Source: Thalia democratica (Eukaryota). Taken from it: 64,000 nucleotides of DNA. Location of the stretch: the NCBI GenBank assembly GCA_965202585.1, contig OZ241833.1:1054001-1118000 (forward strand). Direction: 5' to 3'. Every line of letters begins with the position of its first letter. Within the stretch, counting starts at the first letter, position 1. The notes under the pieces were generated by a model. It ran no database searches. It saw only the letters and a list, made by a program, of their open reading frames with translations, and had not been told where the DNA came from. Positions 11,811-24,732 of this stretch are shown in pieces. A program made the translations under genes and the position numbers.

Positions 11811-14800
11811 ATTGTAGAACATTGAAGCAGGCAACAAAAAATTAGAACTGATAACAGTAAAATGAGTTTTTGATCACCGAGAACTTAAGAGCGTCTTCAT
11901 TGTAGGATAACAAGGCACACAACAAACCAGCAGAGCTGATAACAGTAAAATGAATTTTCGATCACGAAGAACTTAACAGCGATTTCATTGTAGAACATTA
12001 AAGCGGGCAACAAAACATTAAAACTGAAGAAGTAAAAGAAATTTTTGATCACCAAGTACTTAACATCGATTTTTTGCAGGATTACTAGGCGGGAAACAAA
12101 CAAGCAGAACTGATTAGAGTGAAAAAAATTTTAAATCATCAAGAACTTAACAGTGTCTTTGTTGGATGCCATGGCAAGCTACAAACCAGCAGAACTTATA
12201 ACAGTGAAGAGAATTTTTAATCACCAACAACCTAACAACGACTTAATTGTAGGATACCAAGGCGGGCAACAAACCAAGAGAACTGATAACAATGATAGGA
12301 ATTTAAGATCTCTGAGTCCTTAACAGCGACTTCATTGTAGGATATCAAGGGGGGAATAAACCAAGAGAACTGATAACAATGATAGGAATTTAAGATCACT
12401 AAGTTTTTAACAGCGTCTTCATTTTAGGATACCGAGGCGGGCAATAAACCAGGAGAACTGAAAACAATGTAAGGAGTTTTAGATCACTAGATCCTTAAAA
12501 ACAACCTAATTGTAAGAGACTAAGGTGGGCAACCAAAGGGAGAACTTATAACATTAAGAGAAATTTTTGATCACCAAAAACGTAAAAACAACTTTGTTGT
12601 AGGACACCAAGGTGGGCAACAAACCAGCAGAACTGATAACAGTAAAAGGAATTTTTGATCATCAAGAACTTAACAACGACTTCATTGTGAGATACCAAAT
12701 TTGGCAACAAACCAACAAAACTGACAACAGTAAAAGAAATTTCTGATCACCAACAACTTAACAGCGATTTCATTGTGGGATACCAAGGCGGACTATAAAC
12801 CTGCAGAACTGATATCAGTGAAAGGAATTTTTGATCACGAAGAACTTAACAACAACTTCATTGTAGAATACCAATGCGGGCAAAAAACCAGCAGAACTGA
12901 TAACAGTAAAAGAATTTTTGATCACCAAGAACTAAACAGCGATTTCATTGTGGGACACAAAGGCGGGCAACAAAACAGCAGAACTGATAACAGTGAAAGG
13001 AATTTTTGATCACCAAGAACTTAACAGCGTCTTCATTGTGGGATACCATGGTGAGCAACAAACCAGCAGAACTGATAACGGTAAAAGTAATTTTTGATCA
13101 CCAAGAAGTAAACAGCGATTTCGTTGTGGGATACCAAGGTGGGCAAAAAACCAGCAGAACTGATAACAGTAAAAGAAATTTTTGATCACCAAAAACTTAT
13201 AAATAACTTCATTGTAGAATACCAATGCGGGCAAAAACCAGCAGAACTTATAACATTAAAAGATATTTTGAACATTAAGAACTTTACAGCGATTTCATTG
13301 TAGGACACCAAGGTCGGCAACAAACCAGCAGAACTAATAACAGTTAAAGATGTTTTGAACACCAAGATCTAAACAGCAACTTCATTGTAGAATACCGAGG
13401 CGGGAAACAAACCAGCAGAACTGTAACAGTGAAAGGATTTATTGATCACCAAAAACTTAACAGCGATTTCATTGTAGGACACCAAAGCGGACAATAAACC
13501 AGCAGAACTGATAACAGTAAAATAAATATTTGGTCACCAAGAACTTAACAGCAACTTCATTGTAGGACACCAAGGCGGACAATAAACCAGCAGAACTGAT
13601 AGCTGTGAAAGGAATTTTTGATGACCGAGAAATTAACAGCGATTTCATTGTAGAACATTAAAGCGGGCAACAAAAGATTAGAACTGATAACAGTGATTGG
13701 AATTTTTGATCAACAAGAACATAACAGCGACTTCATTGTGGGATACCAAGGTTGGCAACAAACCAGCAGAACTGATATCAGTAAAAGGAATTTTTGATCA
13801 CCAAGAACTTAACAGCGATTTCATTGTAGAACATTAAAGCGGGCAACAAAACATTAGAACTGAAAACAGTAAAAGAAATTTTTGATCACCAAGTGCTTAA
13901 CAGCGATTTTTTGCAGGATACAAAGGCGGGAAACAAACCAGCAGAACTGATTAGAGTGAAAAGATTTTACAATCATCAACAACTTAACAGTGTCTTCGTT
14001 GGATGCCAAGGCAAGCTATAAACCAGCAGAACTCATAACAGTGAAGAGAATTTTCGATCAACAACAAAACAGCGACTTCATTGTAGGATACCGAGGCTGG
14101 AAACAAACCACCAGAACTTTTAACAGTGAAATGAATTTTTGATCACCAACAACCTAACAACGACTTAATTGTAGGATACTAAGGAGGGCAACAAACCAGG
14201 AGAACTGATAACAATAATAGGAATTTAAGATCACTAAGTCCTTAACAGCGTCTTCATTGTAGGATACCAAGACGGGCAATAAACCAGGAGAACTGAAAAC
14301 AATGTAAGGAATTTTAGATCACTAGGTCCTGAAAAACAACCTAATTGTAAGATACTAAGGTGGGCAACCAACCAGGAGAACTGATAACATTAAGAGAAAT
14401 TTTTGATCACCAAGAACTTAAAAACAACTTTATTGTAGGACACCAAGGTGGGCAACAAACCAGCAGAACAGATAACAGTAAAAGGAATTTTTGATCATCA
14501 AGAACTTAACAACGACTTCATTGTGGGATACCAAAGTGGGCAACAAACCAGAAGAACTGACAAAAGTAAAAGAAATTTTTGATCACCAACAACTTAACAG
14601 CGATTTCATTGTGAGATACCAAGGTGGACTATAAACCTGCAGAACTGTTATCAGTGAAAGAATTTTTTGATCACCAAGAACTAAACAATAATTTCATTGT
14701 AGGACACCAAGGCGGGCAACAAAACAGCAGAACTTATAACAGTGGAAGGAATTTTTGATCACCAAGAACTTAACAGCAACTTCATTGTGGAACACTGAGG

Positions 14801-17800
14801 CGGGCAACAAACTAGCAGAACTGATAACAGTAAAAGAAATGTTTGATCACCAAGAACTTAACAGCGATTTCATTGTGGGATGCTAAGATGGGCAATAAAC
14901 AAGCAGAACTGATATCAGTAAATTGAATTTTTAATCACCAAGAACTAAACAGCAACTTCATTGTAGAATACCGAGGCGGGAAATAAACCAGCATAACTGT
15001 AACAGTGAAAGGATTTATTGATCACCAAGAACTTAACAGCAACTCCATTGTAGGTTACCAATGCGTGCAAAACACCAACAGAACTGATAACAGTAAAAGA
15101 AATTTTGAACACCAAGAACTTAACAGAAACTTCATTGTAGAATACCAAGGCGGGCTACAAACCAGCAGAACTGATAACAGTAAACGAAATTTTGAACACC
15201 AAGAAATAAACAGCAACTTCATTTTAGAAAACCAAGGCAGGCAACAAAACAGCAGAACTGTAACAGTGAAATGAATTTTAGATCACCAAGAACTTAACAG
15301 CGTCTTTATTGTAGAACACCATGGCGGGCAACAAACTAGCAGTACTGATTACAATGAAAGGAATTTTTGATCATCAAGAACGTAACAGCAACTTCATTAT
15401 AGGACACCAAGGCGGACAACAAACCATTAGAACTGATAACAGTAAATTGAATTTTTAATCACCAAGAACTAAACAGCAACTTCATTGTAGAATATCGAGG
15501 CGGGAAACAAACCAGCAGAACTGTAACAGTGAAATGGTTTATTGATCACTAAGAACTTAACAGCGATTTCATTGTAGGACACCAAAGCGGACAATAAACC
15601 AGCAGAACTGATAACAGTAAAAGAAATTTTTGATCACCAAGAACTTAACAGCAACTTCATTGTAGGACACCATGACGGGCAACAAACTAGCAGTACTGAT
15701 TACAATGAATGGAATTTTTGATCACCAAGAACTTAACAGCAACTTCATTATAGGACACCAAGATGGGCAACAAACCATTAGAACTGATAACAGTAAAAGA
15801 TATTTTGGACACCAAGATCTAAACAGCAACTTCATTGTAGAATACCGAGGCGGGAAACAAACCTGCAGAACTGTAACAGTGAAAGGGTTTATTGATTACT
15901 AAGAACTTAACAGCGATTTCATTGTAGGACACCAAAGCGGACAATAAACCAGCAGAACTTATAAAAGTAAAAGAAATTTTTGATCACCAAGAACTTAACA
16001 GCAACTTCATAGTAGGACACCATGGCGGGCAACTAACCAGCAGAACTGATAACAGTGAAAGATCTTTGTACATTAAGAACTAAACAGCAACTTCATTGTA
16101 GAATACCGAGGCAGGAAACAAACCAGCAGAACTGAAACAGTGAAAGGGTTTATTGATCACCAAGAACTTAACAGCGATTTCATTGTAGGACACCAAAGCA
16201 GACAATAAAGCAGCAGAACTGATAACAGTAAAGGAAATTTTTGATCATTAAGAACTTAACAGCAACTTCATTGTAGGACACCAAGGCGGACAATAAACCA
16301 GCAGAACTGATAACAGTGAAAGGAATTTTTGATGACCGAAAACTTAACAGCGATTTAAATGTAGAACATTAAAGCGGGCAACAAATCATTAGATCTGATA
16401 ACAGTGAATCGAATTTTTGATCACCAAGAACATAACAGCGACTTCATTGTAAGATACCATTCAGGCAAAAAACCAGCAGATCTGATAACAATAAAGAAAT
16501 TTTGATCACAAAGAACTTAATTGCGTCTTCATTGTTGGATACCTATGCGGGCAAAAAACCAGCAGAACTAATAACAGTAAAGATATTTTGAACACCAAAA
16601 ACTTAATACGACTTCATTGTAGAATACCGAGGTGGGCAACAAACCAGCAGAACTGTAACAGTGAAAGGTTTATTGATCACCAAAAACTTAACAACAACTT
16701 CATTGTAGGACACCAAGGCGGGAAACAAACCAGCAGAACTGATAACAGTAAAATAAATTTTTGATCACCAAGAACTTAACAGCAACTTCATTGTAGGACA
16801 CCAAGGCGGACAAAAAAACCAGCAGAAGTGATAACTGTGAAAGGAATTTTAAATCATCAAGAACTTAACAGTGTCTCCGTTGGATGCCAAGGCAAGCTAC
16901 AAACCAGCAGAACTCATAACTTTGAAGAGATTTTTCGAAAAAAAACAAAACAGCAACTTCATTGTAGGATACCGAGGCGAGAAACAAAGCTGCAGAACTT
17001 ATAACAGTGAAATAAATTTTTGATCACCAACAACTTAACAACGACTTAATTGTAGGATACCAAGGCGGGCAACAAACCAGGAGAACTGATAAAAATGATA
17101 GGAATTTAAGATCACTGAGTCCTTAACAGCGACTTCATTGTAGGATACCAAGGGGGGAACAAATCAGCAGAACTGATAACAATGAAAGGAATTTTAGATC
17201 ACTAGGTCCTTGAAAATAACCTAATTGTAAGTTACTAAGTTGGGCAACCAACCAGGAGAACTGATAACAGTGAAAGGAATTTTTAATCATCAAGAACTTA
17301 ACAGCGATTTCATTGTCGGATACAAAGGTGGACTACAAACCTGCAGAACTGATATCAGTGAAAGAAATTTTTGATCACCAAGAACTTAACAACAACATCA
17401 TTGTAAGATACTAAGGTGGGCAACCAACCAGCAGAACTGACAACAGTAAAAGAAATTTTTGATCACCAAGAACTTAACAGCGATTTTATTGTCGGATACC
17501 AAGGTGGACAATAAACGAGCGGAACTCATAACAGTGAAAGGAAACTTTGATCACCAAGAACTTAACAGCAATTTCATTGTAGGACATTAAAGAGGGCTAC
17601 AAACCAGCAGAACTGATAATAGTAAATTGAATTTTAAGTCACTAAGAAGTTAACATCAATTTCACTGTAGGACACCAAGGCGGGCAACAAACTAGCAGAA
17701 CTGATAGCATAGAAATGAGTTTTTTGATTACCAAGAACTTAAATAGCGATTTCATTGTAGGACACCAAGGCGGGCAACAAACTAGCAGAACTGATAACAG

Positions 17801-20800
17801 TGAAAGGAATTTTTGATCAGCAAGAACTTAACAGCGATTTCATTGTAGGATACCAAGGCGGGGAACAAACCAGCAGAACAGATATCAATAAAGGAATTTT
17901 TGATTACCAAGAAATAAACAGCAATTTCATTGTAGGACACCAAGGCGGGCAACAAAACAGCAGAACTGATACAAGTGAAAGGAATTTTTGATCATCAAGA
18001 ACTTAACAGCAACTTCATTGTATGACATTAAAGCGGGCTACAAACCAGCAGAACTTATAACAGTGAAAGAAATCTTTGATCAAAAAGAACTTAACTGCGT
18101 CTTCATTGTGGGAAACCAAGGTTGGCAACAAACCAGCAGAATTGATATAAGTAAAATGAATTTTAGATCACCAAGAACTTAATAACGAATTCATTGTAGA
18201 ATACCAAGGCGGGTAATGAGCTAGAAAAACTGATAACAATAAAAGAAATTTTTTTAATCACCAAGAACTTAACAACGACTTCATTGTAGGACAACAAGGC
18301 GTGCAAAAAACTAGCAGAACTGATAACAGTGAAAGGAATTTTTGATCACCATGAACTTACGAGCGATTTCATTGTAGGATACCAAGGTGAACAACAAACC
18401 AGCAGAACTGATAACAGTAAAAGATATTTTGAACACTAAGAACTTAACAGCGTCTTCATTGTAGTATACCAAGGCAGACAACAAACCAGCAGAACTGATA
18501 ACAGTAAAATAAATTTTTTATCAATAAAAACTTAACAGCGATTTCATTGTAGAACATTAAAGCGGGCAACAAAAAATTAGAACTGAGAACAGAAAAAGAA
18601 ATTTTTGATCACCAAGAACTTATGAGCGATTTCATTGTAGAACATTAGAGCGGGCAACAAAACATTAGAACTGAAGACAGTAAAAGAAATTTTTGATCAC
18701 CACGTACTTAACAGCGATTTTTTGCAAAACACCAAGGCGGGAAACAAACCAGCAGAACTGATTAGAGTGAAAAAAAAATTTTGATCATCAAGAACTTAAC
18801 AGTGTCTTCGTTGGATGCCGTGGCAAGCTATAAGCCAGCAGAACTGATAACAGTTAAATGATTTTTCGATCAACAAAAAAATATCGACTTCATTGTAGCA
18901 TACATAGGCGGGAAACAAACCAGTAGAACTTATAGCAGTGAAATGAATTTTTGATCATTAACAACTTAACAACGACTTTATTGTAGGATACCAAGGCGGG
19001 CAACAAACCAAGAGAACTGATAACAATGATAGAAATTTAAGATTACTGACTCCTTAACAGCGACTTCATTGTAGGATACCAAGGGGGGAATAAACCAGCA
19101 GAACTGATAACAATGAAAGGAATTTTAAATCACTTGGTCCTTAATAACAACCTAATTGTAAGATACTAAGGTGGGCAACCAACAAGCTGAACTAATAACA
19201 CTAAGAGAAATTTTCGATCACCAAGAACTTAACAGCGACTTCATTGTAGGATACCAAGACGGGCAACAAAACAGCAGAACTGATACCAGTGAAAGGAATT
19301 TTTGATCAACGAGAACTTAACAGCAACTTCATTGTATGACATTAAAGCGGGCTACAAACCAGCAGAACTAATAACAGTAACATAATTTTGATCACCAAGA
19401 ACTTAACAGCGATTTTATTGTAGGACAACAAGGCGTGCAAAAAACTAGCAGAACTGATAACAGTAAAAGGAATTTTTGATCACCATGAACTTAAGAGCGA
19501 TTTCATTGTAGAATACCAAGGTGAACAACAAACCAGCTGAACTGATAAGAGTAAAATAAATTTTGATCACCAAGAACTTAACAGCAACTTTATTGTAGAA
19601 TACCAAGGCGGGCTACAAACCAGCAGAACTGATAACAGTAAAAGATATTTTGAACACCAAGAACTTAACAGCGATTTAATTGTAGAACATTAAAGCGGGC
19701 AACAAAACATTAGAACTGAAAACAGTAAAAGAAATTTTTGATCACCAAGTACTTAACAGCGATTTTTTACAGGATTCCAAGGCGGAAAACAAACCAGCAG
19801 AACTGATTAGAGTGAAAAAAAAATTTGATCATCAAGAACTTAACAGTGTCTTCGTTGGATGCCTAGGCAAGCTACAAACCAGCAGAAATGATAACAGTGG
19901 AATGAATTTTCGATCAACAACAACTTAACTACGACTTTATTGTAGGATACCAAGGCGGTCAACAAACCAAGAGAACTGATAACAATGATAGGAATTTAAG
20001 ATCACTGAGTCCTTAACAGCGACTTCATTGTAGGATACCAAGGGGGGGAATAAACCAGCAGAACTGATAACAATGAAAGGAATTTTAGATCACTAGGTCC
20101 TTAAAAACAACCTAATTTTAAGATACTAAGATGGGCAACCATCCAGCAGAATTGATAACACTAACAGAAATTTTTGATCACCAAGAACTTAAAAACAACT
20201 TTATTGTAGGACACCAAGGTGGGCAACAAACCAGCAGAACTGATAACAGTGAAAGGAATTTTTGATCATCAAGAATTTAACAACGACTTCATTGTGGGAT
20301 ACAAAAGTGGGCAACAAACCAGCAGAACTGACAACAGTAAATTAAATTTTTGATCACCAAGAACTTTACAGCGATTTCATTGTGGGATACCAAGGTGTAC
20401 TACAAACCTGCAGAACTGATATCAGTGAAAGGAATTTATGATTATTAAGAACTTAACAACAACTTCATTGTATGATACCAATGCGGGCATAAAAAGAGCA
20501 GAACTGATAACAGTAAAAGAAATTTTTGATCACCAAGAACTAAACAGCAAGTTCAATGTAGGACACCAAGGCGGGCAACAAAACAGCAGAACTGATAACA
20601 GTGAAACGAATTTTTGAACACCAACAACTAAACAGCGATTTCGTTGTTGGATACCAAATTGGGCAACAAACCAGCAGAACTGATAACAGTAAAAGAAATT
20701 TTTGATCACCAAAGAACTTAACAACAACTTCATTGTAGGACACCAAGGCGGGCAACAAACTAGCAGAACTGATAACAGTGAAAAGAATTTTTGATCAGCA

Positions 20801-23800
20801 AGAACTTAACAGCGATTTCATTTTAGGATACCAAGGCGAGGAACAAACCAGCAGAACTGATATCAATAAAGGAATTTTTGATCAACAAGAAATAAACAGC
20901 AACTTTATTGTAGGACACTAAGGCGGGTAACAAAACAGCAGAACTGATACCAGTGAAAGGAATTTTTGATTACAAAAAACTTAATAGCGTCTTCATTGTA
21001 GGATACCAAGACGGACAATAAACCAGCAGAACTGATAACAGTAAAAGAAATTTTTGATCACCAAGAACTTAACAGCAACTTCATTGTAGTACGCCAAGGC
21101 GGGCAACAAACTAGCAAAACTTATAACAGTGAAAGACATTTTGAACACCAAGAACTTTACAGCGATTTCATTGTAGGACACCAAGGTGGGCAACAAACCA
21201 GCAGTACAGATAACAGTGAAAGATATTTTGAACACCAAGAACTAAACAGCAACTTCAATGTAGAAGACAAAGGCGGGCAACAAACCAGCGAACTGATAAC
21301 AGTGAAAAATATTTTGAACACCAAGAACTAAACAGCAACTTCATTGTAGAATACCAAAGCGGGCAACAAACCATTAGAACTGATAACAGTGAAAGATATT
21401 ATGAACACCTAGAATTAAACAACAACTTCATTGTAGAATACCGAGGCGGGAAGCAAACCAGCAGAACTGTAACAGTGAAAGGATTTATTGATAACCAAAA
21501 ACTTAACAGCAACTTCATTGTAGGTTACCAATGCGAGCAAAAAACCAGCAGAACTGATAACAGTGAAAGATATTTGAACACCAAGAACTAAACATCAACT
21601 TCATTGTAGAATACCGAGGCGGGAAACTAACCAACAGAACTGTAACAATGAAAGGATTTATTGATCACTAAGAACTTAACAACGATTTCATTGTAGGACA
21701 CCAAAGCGGGCAATAAACCAGCAGAACTGATAACAGTAAAATATATTTTGAGCACCAAGAACTTTACAGCGATTTCATTGTAGGACACCAAGGTGGGAAA
21801 CAAACCAGCAGAACTGATAACAGTGAAAGGTATTTTGAACACCAAGAACTAAACAGCAACTTTCTTGTAGAATACCAAGGCGGGAAACAAACCAGCAGAA
21901 CTGTAACAGTGAAAGGGTTTATTGATCACTAAGAACTTAACAACGATTTCATTGTAGGACACCAAAGCGGACAATAAACTTAGCAGAACTGATAACAGTA
22001 AAAAAATTTTTTGATCGCCAAGAACTTAACAGCAACTTCATTGTAGGACACCAAGGCGGGCAACAAGCTAGCAGAACTGATTACAATTAAAGGAATTTTT
22101 GATCACCAAAAACTTAACAGCAACTTCATTATAGGACACCAAAGAGGGCATTAAACCAGCAGAACTGATAACAATGAAAGATCTTTGAACACTAAGAACT
22201 AAACAGCAACTTCGTTGTAGGACACCAAGGCGGGATACAAGCTAGCAGAACTGATAACAGTGAAAGATATTTTGAACACCAAGAACTAAACAGCAACTTC
22301 ATTGTAGAATACCGAGGCGAGAAACAAACCTGCAGAACTGTAACAGTGAAAGGATTTATTGATCACCAAGAACTTAACAGCGATTTCAATGTAGGACACC
22401 AAAGCGAACAATAAACCAGCAGAACTGATAACAGTAAAAGAAATTTTTGATGATCAAGAATTTAACAGCGTCTTCATTGTTGGATACTAAAGGGGTCAAC
22501 AAACTAGCATAACTGATAACAGTGAAAGAAATTATTGATCACCTAAAACTTAACACGACTTTATTGTAAGATACCAATGCGGGCAAAAAACCAGCAGAAC
22601 TGATAACAGTCAAAGGAAGTTTTGATCAGCAAGAACTTAACAGCGACTTCATTGTAGGACACTAAGGCAGGAAACAAACTAGCTGAATTATTAACAGTGA
22701 AAGGAATTTTTGATCACCAAGAACTTTACAGCGATTTCATTTTAGGATACCAAGGTGGGCAATAAACCAGCTGTACTGATAACAGTAAAAGATATTTTGA
22801 AAACCAAGAAATAAACAACAACTTCATTGTAGAATACCGAGGCGGGAAATAAAACAGCATAACTATAACAGTGAAAGTATTTATTGATCACCAAGAACTT
22901 AACAGCAACTTCATTGTTGGTTACCAATGCGGGGAAAAAACCAGCAGAACTGATAATAGTAAAAGAAATTTGAACACCAAGAACTTTACAGCGATTTCAT
23001 TGTAGGACAACAAGGTGGGCAACAAACCAGCAGAACTGATTAGAGTGAAATGAATTTTTGATCACCAACAACTTAACAACGACTTTATTGTAGGATACTA
23101 AGACGGGCAACAAACCAAGAGAACTGATAACAATGATAGGAATTTAAGATCTCTGAGTCCTTAACAGCGTCTTCATTGTAGGATATCAAGGGGGGAATAA
23201 ACCAGCAGAACTGATAATAATGAAAGGAATTTTAGATCACTAGGTCCTTAAAAACAACCTAATTGTAAGATACTAAGGTAGGCAACCAACCAGCAGAAGT
23301 GATAACACTAACAGAAATTTTTGATCACCAGGAACTTAAAAACAACTTTATTGTAGGACATCAAGGTGGGAAACAAACCAGCAGAACTGATAACAGTGAA
23401 AGTAATTTTTGATCATCAAGAACTTAACAACGACTTCATTGATGGATACCAAAGTGGGCAACAGACTAGCAAAACTGACAACAGTAAAAGAAATTTTTGA
23501 TCACAAAGAACTTAACAGCGATTTCATTGTGGGATACCAAGGTTGACTACAAACCTGCAGAACTGATATCAGTGAAAGTAATTTTTGATCACCAAGAACT
23601 TAACAACAACTTCATTGTAGGACACCAAGGCGGACAACAAACCAGCAGAACTGATTTCAGTGAAATGAATTTTTGATCATCAATAACTTAACAGCGATTT
23701 CAAAGTAGGATACCAAGACGGGCAACAAACCAGCAGAACTGATAACAGTAAAAGAATTTTGATCACCAAGAACTTAAAAGCGATTTAATTGTAGGACACC

Positions 23801-24235
23801 AAGGCGGGCAACATACCAACAGAACTGATAACAGTGAAAGGAATTTTTGATCAGCAAGAACTTAACAGCGAGTTCATTGTAGGATACCAAGGCGGGCAAC
23901 ATACCAACAGAACTGATATCAGTGAAGGAATTTTTGATTACCAAGAAATAAACAGCAACTTTATTGTAGGACACCAAGGCGGGCAACAAAACAGCAGAAC
24001 TGATACCAGTGAAAGGAATTTTTGATCACCAAGAACTTAAGTACAACTTAATTGTAGGATACCAAGGCAGTTAATGAGCTAGCATAACTGATAACAATAA
24101 AAAAATTTTTTGATCACCAAGAACTTAACAACGACTTAATTGTAGGATAGCAATGCGGGCTACAAACCTGCAGAACTGTAACAGTGAAATGAATTTTTCA
24201 TCACTCTGAACTTAACAGCGTCTTCATTGTAGGAT
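11811..24235 (+). repeat. Satellite family B, array 1 (~88 bp monomers, about 140 copies)
   Basis: The consensus AACCAGCAGAACTGATAACAGTAAAAGAAATTTTTGATCACCAAGAACTTAACAGCGATTTCATTGTAGGACACCAAGGCGGGCAACA is 88 bp (period checked 17761->17849). The + strand is A-rich, about 41% A versus 19% T in the consensus. Confidence 0.97.
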
Positions 24236-24732
24236 CCGGCCGAATATTGCCATTTTTGGCTAATATCTGGATCCGGCCGGATCCTAAATTAAAAAAAAGT
24301 CCGGATCCGGTTTTGGCCGGATTATAATTTGAAAAAAAAAAAGTCCGGATCCGGGTCCGGCCGAATCCTAATTTGAAAAAAAAGTCCGGATCCGGGTCCG
24401 TCCGGACCCGCAATTGTGAGTCCAGAACAAAACTCTTAATATCTAATATTAAATTTTTTTGAAATTACTTTTGTTTGCTCATATCTTAACTATGAGCTTA
24501 ACTATTCTCAGTTGATCCGAAGATATCTATAGAAAACTGAATAAGAAAAATTTAAGGTTATTTATAAGGTATGTGCAACCAAACACGGGTAATCGGCGAG
24601 AGTATAAATTTAGTACCAATTGAAACTTATAAACTATTCAAATGAAGTTTATGATATCAAATTAACAGTTCAAAGTACTTACAATTTTCTTGAGATGCAT
24701 TGACGTTTTTACTCATATCTCCTGAATGCGAG
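24232..24732. mobile_element. Truncated DNA-transposon-end-like fragment with ATCCGG/CCGGATCCGG subterminal repeats (hAT-like), at the B->A boundary
   Basis: A CpG-dense block (24232-24411) has several CCGGATCCGG palindromes in three ~42-bp units (TAATTTGAAAAAAAAGTCCGGATCCGG), followed by about 320 bp of unique AT-rich sequence. It joins satellite B through shared GGAT, and satellite A resumes near 24733. No TIR pair or TSD is visible, so the superfamily is inferred. Confidence 0.55.

Noticed and set aside
24201-24413. Minus-strand 70-aa ORF MRVRTDPDPDFFFKLG...
   Set aside because: It is a translation of the ATCCGG palindromic repeats running into satellite B. It is low complexity, and the second copy has an 84-bp deletion there.
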